NCBI GenBank assembly: GCA_041480185.1
Contig: JBGOZL010000001.1
Span: 1 to 24,658 of the forward strand
DNA: 24,658 nucleotides
Direction: 5' to 3'
Origin: Anaerolineae bacterium
GTDB taxonomy: Bacteria; Chloroflexota; Anaerolineae; Anaerolineales; Villigracilaceae
How positions within the stretch are numbered: position 1 is the stretch's first letter; the number at the start of each line of letters is the position of its first letter. Shown here one piece after another: positions 15,864 to 24,480 of this stretch. Both the position numbers and the translations under genes were made by a program. The notes below the pieces were generated by a model, which was given only the letters and a program-made list of their open reading frames with translations, ran no database searches and was not told where the DNA came from.

Positions 15864-17570
15864 ATGACCCATGTTTCCCCAACTTCCCTTAACGAACAAA
15901 TCCTTACCCTGAGTAAATTGACCGGACAAATGCGCACCACACTCCAGAGCGTGGGCTTCGGCCTGCCCGCGGACATACTCGAAAAGCTCTCGAGCCTGGA
16001 AAGCATGCTTTTTAAGGTCAGCAGGCAGGTAATCACTGTTGAAGATCAACGTAGCAAGCTGCTGGCATTGGCTAAAACCACTCAGGCAGTCAACTCCAGC
16101 CTGGAATTGGATGAAGTATTGCAATTTGTCATGGATACCATCATCCGCCTGACGGAAGCCGAGCGCGGTTTTCTGATGTTACGCGATTCCAGGGGGCAGA
16201 TGGCGATGCGCATCGCCCGCAACTGGGAGCAGGAATCGATCAGCCCCAATGAGTTTGACATCAGCCGTACTATTATCGAACGTGTCATTGAAACCGGCGA
16301 ACCGGTTCTGACCACCAATGCCCAGGAAGATCCGCGCTTCGGAGGCCAGGAATCCATCGTGGCTTATAACTTGCGTTCCATCCTGTGCGTCCCGCTCCAG
16401 GCCAAGACCGAACTCATCGGTGTCATTTACGCCGATAATCGTATTCGATCGGGTATTTTTAACGAAGCTGAGCGTGACCTGCTGAAAGTATTCGCAGACC
16501 AGGCAGCCATCGCTATCGAAAATGCCCGCCTCTTCGCCTCTGTCCGCCATACACTCGACGAAGTGACCGGTCTCAAGAACCTGATGGATAACGTTTTTGC
16601 TTCCATTGCCAGTGGCGTCATAACTGCCGATATTAGGGAGCAGGTCACATTGTGCAACCGTGCTGCCGAAGGGATCCTGGGCTACAGCAGGGACGAGATC
16701 ATCGGAAGACGTTTGGACGATGTGTTGTCCACATGCGCGGGGGACATCCGCGCTCACCTGATCACGGTCCGGGAGACTGATAAGTCTGTGATGGGGCTGG
16801 AAATAACCCATTGCATACCGGAGCGCGGCACTTTGGAATGGAGGCTTAACCTTTCGCCGCTTAAAGACGCCGACCAGACTACCCAGGGCGTTGCCATCGT
16901 CCTCGACGATATGACTGAGCGAAAAAAACTGGAAGCGCAGCACCGCCTGCTTGAGCGTATGGTCTCCCCGGCAATGCTCGACCAGATCAATCCCGACAGC
17001 CTGACAATCGGTGGCCAGCAGCGGGAAATTACCACCTTGTTCGCAGATATCCGGGGATTTACCAGTTTTAGTGAGAAGAATTCCCCCGAGGACCTCGTCG
17101 CGGTGCTAAATCGCTATCTCGCGGCTGGGGCCGAAGCGGTGCTGGCACAGGAAGGCACAGTGGACAAATTCCTTGGCGATGCAGTCATGGCCTGGTTCAA
17201 TGCCCCGCTGCCACAACCCGACCACACTTTGCGCGCCGTACGCGCTGCCCTGGGACTGCGCTCTGCCATCAGAAAACTGCATGCCGAGCTCCCGCCTGAG
17301 GCGCATCTCTCATTTGGCGTGGGGATTCACTATGGCAAGGCCGTCTTGGGCTGGATTGGCACGGAGAAGCGGCTAGAATACACTGCCATCGGCGACGCAG
17401 TTAATACCGCCAGGCGTATCCAGGAAAACGCTGCCAGGAACCAAATATTGATCAGTAAATCAGCCTACGAGCGTGTCAAGAAAGACGTCCAAGCCTACCC
17501 GCATTTCCCCTTGCATGTGAAAGGGAAAAGTGTACCGGTGGGTGTTTATGAGGTGGTGGGTTTGAAGTAA
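15864..17570 (+). CDS. Class III adenylate cyclase with GAF and PAS domains
   Basis: GAF (SRTII..V..GEPVL..NA..DPRF...SI....RSILCVPL...GVIY.DN), PAS (SGVITAD...N.AAE.ILG), catalytic FADIRGFT, DKFLGDAVM (Lys = ATP specificity), EYTAIGDAVNTARR. Confidence 0.93.
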   Translation: MTHVSPTSLNEQILTLSKLTGQMRTTLQSVGFGLPADILEKLSSLESMLFKVSRQVITVEDQRSKLLALAKTTQAVNSSLELDEVLQFVMDTIIRLTEAERGFLMLRDSRGQMAMRIARNWEQESISPNEFDISRTIIERVIETGEPVLTTNAQEDPRFGGQESIVAYNLRSILCVPLQAKTELIGVIYADNRIRSGIFNEAERDLLKVFADQAAIAIENARLFASVRHTLDEVTGLKNLMDNVFASIASGVITADIREQVTLCNRAAEGILGYSRDEIIGRRLDDVLSTCAGDIRAHLITVRETDKSVMGLEITHCIPERGTLEWRLNLSPLKDADQTTQGVAIVLDDMTERKKLEAQHRLLERMVSPAMLDQINPDSLTIGGQQREITTLFADIRGFTSFSEKNSPEDLVAVLNRYLAAGAEAVLAQEGTVDKFLGDAVMAWFNAPLPQPDHTLRAVRAALGLRSAIRKLHAELPPEAHLSFGVGIHYGKAVLGWIGTEKRLEYTAIGDAVNTARRIQENAARNQILISKSAYERVKKDVQAYPHFPLHVKGKSVPVGVYEVVGLK

Positions 17571-17581
17571 GCGATTGTCTA

Positions 17582-17626
17582 GTTAATTGCAAAGCGAGTG
17601 ACATTGTCACTCGCTTTGCAATTAAC
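17582..17626. repeat. 45-bp palindrome (22-bp perfect arms, 1-nt centre) between convergent cyclase and MFS genes
   Basis: GTTAATTGCAAAGCGAGTGACA-T-TGTCACTCGCTTTGCAATTAAC. Confidence 0.95.
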
Positions 17627-17634
17627 AAGGAGCA

Positions 17635-18852
17635 TCATTTTTTTACTGGAACCAGCCTCCAGAATAGCACTCCCGCCAGGAGCGCAAGCCCCGCGCCAAA
17701 GAAGAAGGGTGCAGCTGGACCGAACCCATGCCAGCCGAAAGCGCCCTGCCATAACAATCCGGCAATGGCTGAAGCCGGGAAAGCAGTCAGCCCGATGGCG
17801 GCATTATACAGGCCGTAAGCCGTCCCATGCCGCTCGGGGGGCACTAGGTCCGCAATGAGGGCCTTGGCAGATCCTTCAGTCGCCGCGTAATATATTCCAT
17901 AGAATCCGAAGAGTGTCCAAATTTGCCAACCAGTATGGGAGAGGGCAAAACCGAGATAGACTAACCCATAAGCGATCCATCCAACAATGATGAGGCGGCG
18001 GCGTCCGACTTTGTCGGAGAGAGCCCCGAGCGGACCTGCCAGGACGGAGTAGATCAGATTGAAGGTCATCAGCATCAGCATGATTTGGAGAACATCCAGG
18101 CCGCGCTCCTGGGCTCTCAGGATGATGAATGCGTCTGACGAGTTGCCCAGGGTGAACAGCACGAGCACCAGCATGAACGATTTGAAGCGTTTGTCCATGC
18201 CTTTCAGGCTGAGAATGGGCACCGTGGACTTGCCGGGTAAGGCCACATCCCGTGCGCCGATGGCCAGCACCACCACTGCCAGTACCGCTGGGATAATACT
18301 GACCAGCACGGCGATCTGGAAGGTGCTGCGGGTGAGGTCGGCGGCTCCTTTTTCGGTCAGCCAGACGATCACCGCGGCAACCAAAAGTCCGAAGAATGCG
18401 CCGGCAGTGTCGCCTGCCCGGTGCAGTCCGAATGCCAGTCCGCGCTGTTTATCGTCGATCGAACCAGCCACCAGTGCGTCTCGCGGTGCTGTGCGGATTC
18501 CCTTTCCCAGCCGATCGGCCACGCGCACCCCCAGCACCCACTCCCAGGTGGCGGCGAAATACATGAACGGCTTGGCTATGGTTGAGACGGCATACCCTAT
18601 TACGGTGATCCACTTGCGTTTGCCGAGTTTGTCCGAAAGCCCCCCGGAGTAGATTTTCATCAGGCTGGCGGTGGTCTCGGCCAGCCCCTCGATGAGGCCG
18701 ATGACCGCAGTCCCGGCGTTGAGCACATTTGCCAGGAAGAGCGGGACTAGGTTGACGATCATTTCGGAGGAAATGTCGGTCAAGAACGAGGTGGCTGTCA
18801 CGATCCAGACGTTGATGGGCAAGCTGCGAAGACCGGTTTTTTTGGTTTCCAT
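17635..18852 (-). CDS. MFS transporter (405 aa)
   Basis: About 12 hydrophobic segments; motif A twice (GGLSDKLGKRK, GALSDKVGRRR); DRLGKGIRTAPRDAL; GGAG SD. Confidence 0.93.
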   Translation of the reverse strand: METKKTGLRSLPINVWIVTATSFLTDISSEMIVNLVPLFLANVLNAGTAVIGLIEGLAETTASLMKIYSGGLSDKLGKRKWITVIGYAVSTIAKPFMYFAATWEWVLGVRVADRLGKGIRTAPRDALVAGSIDDKQRGLAFGLHRAGDTAGAFFGLLVAAVIVWLTEKGAADLTRSTFQIAVLVSIIPAVLAVVVLAIGARDVALPGKSTVPILSLKGMDKRFKSFMLVLVLFTLGNSSDAFIILRAQERGLDVLQIMLMLMTFNLIYSVLAGPLGALSDKVGRRRLIIVGWIAYGLVYLGFALSHTGWQIWTLFGFYGIYYAATEGSAKALIADLVPPERHGTAYGLYNAAIGLTAFPASAIAGLLWQGAFGWHGFGPAAPFFFGAGLALLAGVLFWRLVPVKK

Positions 18853-18930
18853 GGATTACTCCGTTGAGGCAGGATGGGCGAATTGTACTTCCGTCTTTTC
18901 AGTTTGTAGAAAATCAACTTTATGGAAGCT

Positions 18931-19167
18931 TTATTCGGGTACCTTCAACTTGGTCCGCTGATAGGTGACGACCACAAGACCGGATAGTACCAACACTGCA
19001 CCGAGCACTCCCGCCAGCCAGGCGGGGATGCCCAGTATGGCAGCCAGGTCGACGGGAAGGAGCTTGAACCAGGACAGCAGGAACAAGGCACCGAAAATGT
19101 AATCCATCAACCCTTCGATAAAAAAGACCAGGTCCCGGGTTCGTTGGGGGAATCGTTCATTAGGCAT
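18931..19167 (-). CDS. Small 2-TM hypothetical membrane protein (78 aa)
   Basis: AGGAG SD overlapping the upstream gene's stop; two hydrophobic helices. Confidence 0.7.
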   Translation of the reverse strand: MPNERFPQRTRDLVFFIEGLMDYIFGALFLLSWFKLLPVDLAAILGIPAWLAGVLGAVLVLSGLVVVTYQRTKLKVPE

Positions 19168-19170
19168 GAC

Positions 19171-19647
19171 TCATCTCCTTTTGAAGCGCGGCAGCCAGCG
19201 GGGCACCGACTCACGATATTTTTCGTACGCTGCTCCGAATGTTTTGTGCAGGTGAGGCTCTTCATAGAAGATGACAAACAGGTGGGCACTGACTGCCACG
19301 ATCAGCGGGCAGAATAGCAGGGCTCGCGAGGGATGCCAGAAGACATACCCAATAAAAACTGACAGCACGCCGAGATAAATCGGGTTGCGGACATTTCGAT
19401 AAAGCCCACTAACGACCAGTTTTCTGGGAGGATCGGTGGGGGATGGCGTGCCGTCACCGCGCACGGTGAAGGCCCATGCGCACCATAATACGATTGCCAC
19501 ACCCGCAGCCCACAACGGGACTGCCAGCCAGCGGAGAATCCCGAAGGAAAACAGTGGAGGTTCGGTCTGCACCAGCCAGATGGGCATCACTCCCATCAGG
19601 GGACCGGGCACGAGCAGCATAAAGATAATCGTTTTAAGCGCGGTCAT
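19171..19647 (-). CDS. Isoprenylcysteine carboxylmethyltransferase / PEMT-family membrane methyltransferase
   Basis: G.GTP.P..PP.KLVVSGLYR.VRNPIY.G and EE..L...FG..Y..Y...VPRW. ATG 19647 (MTALK) preferred over 19680; overlaps the upstream gene end by 14 nt. Confidence 0.88.
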   Translation of the reverse strand: MTALKTIIFMLLVPGPLMGVMPIWLVQTEPPLFSFGILRWLAVPLWAAGVAIVLWCAWAFTVRGDGTPSPTDPPRKLVVSGLYRNVRNPIYLGVLSVFIGYVFWHPSRALLFCPLIVAVSAHLFVIFYEEPHLHKTFGAAYEKYRESVPRWLPRFKRR

Positions 19648-20029
19648 TGTGGTTTCGTTTTCCCGGCCAGCGGGAGACACCGATCCAGATCATTACAGCC
19701 GTGGTAACCAGTCCCAAAAAGATGATAAAGAGGCTGCCACTTACAATCCCGGCCCAGAAGAAAATGAACCCGAAACCGAGCATGACTGGCAGGAACAGGA
19801 AATACTCGAACCAGGGTTTGGTTGGAAGTCTCCTGGCTGCGAGCCCGCTAATAGAGCGGTAGAACACGAGCGCACCGGCAAAAAAGAACATCAGCCCGCA
19901 GGTCACCATCAACGGCTGATTTTCCAGGGAGAGACTGGTCTTGACGTAGCCGAGACCTGAGACTACCAGCGCGGTGCCAATAACGGCGAAGAGGATGGCG
20001 AGAATAATATCCTGAAGACCATACTTCAC
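19634..20029 (-). CDS. Hypothetical 4-TM membrane protein (131 aa)
   Basis: GTG start with AAGGAG SD; four hydrophobic segments. Confidence 0.7.
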   Translation of the reverse strand: MKYGLQDIILAILFAVIGTALVVSGLGYVKTSLSLENQPLMVTCGLMFFFAGALVFYRSISGLAARRLPTKPWFEYFLFLPVMLGFGFIFFWAGIVSGSLFIIFLGLVTTAVMIWIGVSRWPGKRNHNDRA

Positions 20030-20118
20030 AGGTGTCTCCTTAATGGCGGGAGAAGAAACTTCAGTTCCCTTTCAATTTACGCCGGGGAATTTATTCATCT
20101 TGAAAATGGGCAGGTGAA

Positions 20119-20571
20119 TCAGCCCGGCAAAGATTTAGGAGCCGGTTTCAGGAAATACAGCTCCAGGAAATTGAAAGTGAACGACAGGAGGAAATTGGTG
20201 GCCATCCCTTGGGAGTATCCATCATTTTGAAAACCGGACATGGTATAGAGCAACCCGGTGATGGTTGCCAGGCTCGTTGCCAGGAGGGCCAGACTGCCAA
20301 AGGCTTGCACGCTCCTGACCCTGGACCTCAAAGCCAAAATGAAGTTGACTAGGGAAAATAACACCAGAAAGGTACCCAGGCTGGCATGCATTACCGCCAC
20401 GACTCCCACCTGGTTTAGCGCGTCCGAAACTCCGCCCAGGGAAAACCCAAAGGGAGGTAGCGATGGTTGTTTGGCAACGTTAACGGCCATGCCCAGTTCG
20501 AATTGAAGGGCAAGCAAGGCCAGGATGACCATCACTGTGATTCTTGGGGCTAATAACTGTTTCGCTGACAC
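20119..20571 (-). CDS. Hypothetical 4-TM membrane protein (150 aa)
   Basis: GTG start with AAGGAG SD; four hydrophobic segments. Confidence 0.7.
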   Translation of the reverse strand: MSAKQLLAPRITVMVILALLALQFELGMAVNVAKQPSLPPFGFSLGGVSDALNQVGVVAVMHASLGTFLVLFSLVNFILALRSRVRSVQAFGSLALLATSLATITGLLYTMSGFQNDGYSQGMATNFLLSFTFNFLELYFLKPAPKSLPG

Positions 20572-20599
20572 GGCTTACTTCTCCTTATGGTGATGTTAT

Positions 20600-21133
20600 T
20601 CAGGGGTAAACGTCTGCACCCTTTTTCGTGTGTTTCATAACCCATTTTTCTAGGCCCGACATGACAAAGAACCCGGCCGTGCCTGCGCAGCCCCACAACA
20701 GGAAATCCGCCAGGACCGGCAAGAAGCCTTTTCCCCAGACGATCATCGTCCCGGTCTGGTCCGTGAGGGCCGAGCCACCAAAGTCGCGCAGGATGCCCCA
20801 CAGTGGGAAGGCGATCAGCAGGATCACCCCACCGCGCATCCCGAAGCGTTTCCGCACCCACCAGGTCACCAGTCCCATGATCCCAGCCCCATAGAATATC
20901 ACCGTACCCAGGTAAAACGTCAATGGGGCATGGTTTGCCGAGATGAACGGGTAATGCCACCAGCCTTGATAATAAGCGAGGATGTCTCCCAATAAATTGA
21001 GAAAGCCCATTACCACCCCGGCAATGAACGATAAACCGATCACTTTCCAAGGTGGGCGGATCCACCGCGCTAGCCCAGCGTAGAGGATTGGAGGGATGAT
21101 TAACACAAACAGCTGGATAAGTGCGAGGGACAT
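20600..21133 (-). CDS. Hypothetical multi-TM membrane protein (177 aa)
   Basis: AGGAG SD before ATG 21133 (MSLAL); about five hydrophobic segments. Confidence 0.7.
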   Translation of the reverse strand: MSLALIQLFVLIIPPILYAGLARWIRPPWKVIGLSFIAGVVMGFLNLLGDILAYYQGWWHYPFISANHAPLTFYLGTVIFYGAGIMGLVTWWVRKRFGMRGGVILLIAFPLWGILRDFGGSALTDQTGTMIVWGKGFLPVLADFLLWGCAGTAGFFVMSGLEKWVMKHTKKGADVYP

Positions 21134-21215
21134 GCGGGCTCCTGAATTGCGCAGCACCCTGAAATTTGACTCGGGGGATTAATTCTCCGGTTGTTCCGAT
21201 GAGTGCGCCATGGTG

Positions 21216-22904
21216 TCATTTATATCCCAACTCCTTCATGATCTGCGCCTCGTCCTTCTTCCCACCCGCGCCGACCAGCTCACGCCAGAAATTGTCGTCA
21301 TAGCGTCGTGATTTCACCGGCAGGGGCATTGGCACACCCCAGCCCAATAGGAGCACTTCCTCCTTGGGCTGCAACCTTGCTAGCATGCCGCGCAGCGAGT
21401 CGCGCCCTGAGAGACCCGATAATACTGCATGCACGTCGTCCTCGTCACCAAGCCAGCCCGAGATACGCGTGCCCAGTTGCGACATGACCTCGTCGGAGAT
21501 CTGTGACGGGCGCTGGTCGATGATCAACAGGGTGACATAATATTTGCGCATTTCACGGGCAATACTGGCGAAGGTGGTCTGCCCCGCCATCTCGCGATTA
21601 AGCAGTTTGTGGGCTTCCTCAACCACAATCACCAGTTGCCGCGGCTCTGTCTTCCCATGCGCACGAAAATCATTTGTCATGTCTTCCCACACCTGCTTGA
21701 TCTTGCGGGTCAGTAGGTTGGAAACCAGCAGGTAGTCCAGGTCGGTCTCGAATTGCCCAAACGACAGGATGACATGTTTGCCTGCCTCCAATGATTTGAT
21801 GATCTCCCGAATATTATCGGAGACGGGTTTTTCGACAATGTAATCCTTATGGAACAAACGCTGTAATTTGGAATGCAAGCCTTCTGCAGCAGCCACGTTG
21901 ACACCTGACCTGTTTGCCCAGGCTGCCACTGATTGAGGAGCAGGGATTTTCTTTCCATCCTCGGTTTCAATAACTGCACCGTTTTCCATTTGACGAAAAG
22001 CTGAAAACCAGTTCTGGCGGAATTCCGTATAAAGAGCGTCCAGAGTGGTTGGGGTGGTCTCCTTTAGGTTCAGTTCCTGTGTAAGCAGTTCAATATCGGC
22101 GGAGGAAATGTCCGACATGGCGATCTGCAGGGTGAAATCGGGGGACTTGGAGCGGATGGTCACCCCGGCACCCAGCCCCACTACCTGTATCCGGCTGGCG
22201 AACTTGGTCTTCAACCCCGTGACGCGCAGGCCGGTATCGGAGGCGGTGTCGTCGTATCCGTACTCGTTGTGCATGTCGTAGACCAGCACGGAGGCTTTGC
22301 CTTGGTGCATGAGCCCGGCCAGCACAATGCGTGTCAGAAATGATTTCCCGGTCCCGGTGGCGCCGAAAACGCCTGCTGAGCGCTGGACAAACTTATCCAG
22401 GTCGATGCAGACGGGATGTCCCTGTTCGCGGGTGGTGCCGATCACGAAGTTGCCCTTTTCGGACGGGTCCCCAAAGATCTCAGCGATGTCGCCTCCCGAA
22501 GCCAGACGGACGGGTGCATGGTGCGGCGGCACGGTCTTGACCGGTAAAGGGTGCGAGGGATTATCAGCTTTTTCCTTCATCCAGTCTGCGTATTCAGGCG
22601 ACCCGGGGTCGGGTCCGCGTTCCAGCATCAGGGCAGGCAGGACTTCGAGATTGGTATAAAGTGTCTGCCCATGCAGAGCCTGTGCCAGGGCAGGTGGCAG
22701 GCGGGTTTCGGTCTGTTCGTCGGCAAAGCGCGGGTCCGTTGCGCCGAGCTGCAGGTCGGTCACCAGGCCATAGAATTGCCAGTTGCCGGAGGGGATCACC
22801 ACGAACGCTCCTTCCTGGATTTCTTGGGACGGAACAGTAAGGCGGGCACGGAAGCTCTCTTTCAACCCTCCGCCCACGATGTACCCGATTGGTTGGTTTT
22901 CCAT
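21216..22904 (-). CDS. herA: HerA-family helicase/ATPase (HAS barrel + DUF87), 562 aa
   Basis: N-terminal HAS-barrel-like segment; Walker A GATGTGKS; DMHNEY; Walker B IVVEEAH; REMRKY arginine-finger motif; QRPS. AGGAG SD. Confidence 0.9.
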   Translation of the reverse strand: MENQPIGYIVGGGLKESFRARLTVPSQEIQEGAFVVIPSGNWQFYGLVTDLQLGATDPRFADEQTETRLPPALAQALHGQTLYTNLEVLPALMLERGPDPGSPEYADWMKEKADNPSHPLPVKTVPPHHAPVRLASGGDIAEIFGDPSEKGNFVIGTTREQGHPVCIDLDKFVQRSAGVFGATGTGKSFLTRIVLAGLMHQGKASVLVYDMHNEYGYDDTASDTGLRVTGLKTKFASRIQVVGLGAGVTIRSKSPDFTLQIAMSDISSADIELLTQELNLKETTPTTLDALYTEFRQNWFSAFRQMENGAVIETEDGKKIPAPQSVAAWANRSGVNVAAAEGLHSKLQRLFHKDYIVEKPVSDNIREIIKSLEAGKHVILSFGQFETDLDYLLVSNLLTRKIKQVWEDMTNDFRAHGKTEPRQLVIVVEEAHKLLNREMAGQTTFASIAREMRKYYVTLLIIDQRPSQISDEVMSQLGTRISGWLGDEDDVHAVLSGLSGRDSLRGMLARLQPKEEVLLLGWGVPMPLPVKSRRYDDNFWRELVGAGGKKDEAQIMKELGYK

Positions 22905-22922
22905 ATTTATCTCCTGACCCGG

Positions 22923-23534
22923 CTATTGGGTGGCAATTCTCAATGCTTTACTAATATCTTCGCCGATCATCTTTCTTTTGCTTTTCTCAACGAAGAATGC
23001 CGGTCCCGCCTGAACATAGGATGGCAGCGCTCGCTTCCCACGGAATGTGAACTCTCCACCGCGGATTTTGTAGGTCGATCCTGCTGGGATGACGCGCGGC
23101 TCGCCGCTGCGTCTGGCGATCATATTGACAGCTTTGATGGCCACGTCGCCCATCAATAAATATACTTTTACGTTTGGGAAAAGCGCGATCTCTTTTTCGA
23201 GCAATTGCGAACAGGCTTGGATGGTTGCAGTTGAGATGCCATATCCGTTTTTGCCACATTTGACCGCCGTGGTCAGGTAAACGCCCAAATCGAGCAGTTC
23301 CTGGACGGATTGTACCTTTGCCCCGGCATCCTGAAAAGCCAGAAGGGTGGTCCGGACGAAAAGAGATTCGGGACCTGCGTAGTAAGCATCAGCTGGATTC
23401 TCCGGGCTGGACTCGGAGATGAGCATGATGGAAACCTTTGCTGGATCGATGTCGATATTTGGGAGCTGATAACTGGAGCGGCGCGTGTCGAGGCACGGGA
23501 AATCAATGCATTCCATAATTTGGTCTGTTCTCAT
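22923..23534 (-). CDS. Uracil-DNA glycosylase superfamily protein, divergent (203 aa)
   Basis: IMLISESSP (motif A position), YLTTAVKC (cf. YITNxVKC), C..LL..EI...P.....L.G..A, and four Cys spaced C-x4-C...C-x14-C like Fe-S family 4/5 UDGs. Confidence 0.75.
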   Translation of the reverse strand: MRTDQIMECIDFPCLDTRRSSYQLPNIDIDPAKVSIMLISESSPENPADAYYAGPESLFVRTTLLAFQDAGAKVQSVQELLDLGVYLTTAVKCGKNGYGISTATIQACSQLLEKEIALFPNVKVYLLMGDVAIKAVNMIARRSGEPRVIPAGSTYKIRGGEFTFRGKRALPSYVQAGPAFFVEKSKRKMIGEDISKALRIATQ

Positions 23535-24415
23535 GGTTTCTTCTCTTCCGGTATCCGTCGATTTGCAAGAGCTATGTACTTTTCTTCTGTTTCGTAGCCG
23601 ATGTAATGCCTGCCACTATTAACTGCTGCAATCGCAGTCTGCCCGCTGCCCATGAAGGGATCTAAGACGATTTCGTTTTTGAAGCAGTACATTTGGATCA
23701 ACCGCCTCGGCAGCTCGACAGGAAACGGGGCCGGGTGGCCGATCTTGCGGGCTGGTTCGGCTGGGAAATTCCAGACGGACTTGTTGTATTCCAGGAATTC
23801 ATCACGGCCGATCGTGTTTTCCCGATTGTCCGGGTTCTGACGTTTGAATGTGCCTTTACAAAAGACCAGGATGTACTCGTGCACGTCCCGCAGGGTAGGG
23901 TTGCCTGCCGATTTCCAACTCCCCCAGGCAGTGGAGGGGGAGGCGCTGGCAGCTTTGTTCCAGATGATTTCACCGCGCATCAGGAAACCGAGGTCGATGG
24001 CCTGCTCCGCGATGAAGGCATGCAGTGGGATATATGGCTTGCGACCCAGGTTCGCCACGTTGATGCACATCCGCCCGCCAGGGACCAGGACGCGCTCCGT
24101 TTCCTTCCATACGCGTCGAAGAAACGCCAGGTAGTCTTTCAGCGACAGGTCTTCATCATATTCCTTGCCAACGTTGTAGGGCGGCGACGTGACCATCAGG
24201 TGCACCGAGCAGTCCGGGAGTTCGGTCATGGCTTCTGAGGAGTGGCAAAAAATATGATCGAGCGATCCGGGGGGGATTGGATTCTCGATGTATTCCATTT
24301 CCATTCCCTGCTGTTGGTCGTCGTAGAGTTTACCTGCGTAAAAAGCGGACGAGTCATGACCGATCCGGCCGGGAGAGCCAAATGCAGAGGTTTGGGTAGA
24401 TTTACGTTTTGTCAT
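23531..24415 (-). CDS. Site-specific DNA methyltransferase, beta class (N4-cytosine or N6-adenine), 294 aa
   Basis: Motif IV TSPPY precedes HPAPFP and motif I VLDPFMGSG (beta order); SPPY favours m4C. Confidence 0.93.
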   Translation of the reverse strand: MTKRKSTQTSAFGSPGRIGHDSSAFYAGKLYDDQQQGMEMEYIENPIPPGSLDHIFCHSSEAMTELPDCSVHLMVTSPPYNVGKEYDEDLSLKDYLAFLRRVWKETERVLVPGGRMCINVANLGRKPYIPLHAFIAEQAIDLGFLMRGEIIWNKAASASPSTAWGSWKSAGNPTLRDVHEYILVFCKGTFKRQNPDNRENTIGRDEFLEYNKSVWNFPAEPARKIGHPAPFPVELPRRLIQMYCFKNEIVLDPFMGSGQTAIAAVNSGRHYIGYETEEKYIALANRRIPEEKKP

Positions 24416-24429
24416 TAATAATAGTCTCT

Positions 24430-24480
24430 ACCACAAAGGCACAAAGCCACGCATGATTTTCCCATTGCTTCCGTTGTGGT
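24430..24480. repeat. Degenerate REP-like element (ACCACAAAGGCACAAAG ... TTGTGGT)
   Basis: Tandem CACAAAG (24432-24438, 24440-24446) and 7-bp inverted repeat ACCACAA (24430-24436) / TTGTGGT (24474-24480). Confidence 0.35.

Noticed and set aside
16179-16943. 254-aa antisense ORF in the adenylate cyclase
   Set aside because: Antisense shadow of a well-supported gene; no independent features.
18059-18652. 197-aa plus-strand ORF opposite the MFS gene (and 19436-19960)
   Set aside because: Ser/Thr/Met-rich composition typical of the reverse strand of membrane-protein genes.
22551-23159. 202-aa plus-strand ORF spanning herA and the UDG-like gene
   Set aside because: Antisense to two motif-supported genes; no SD or domain.
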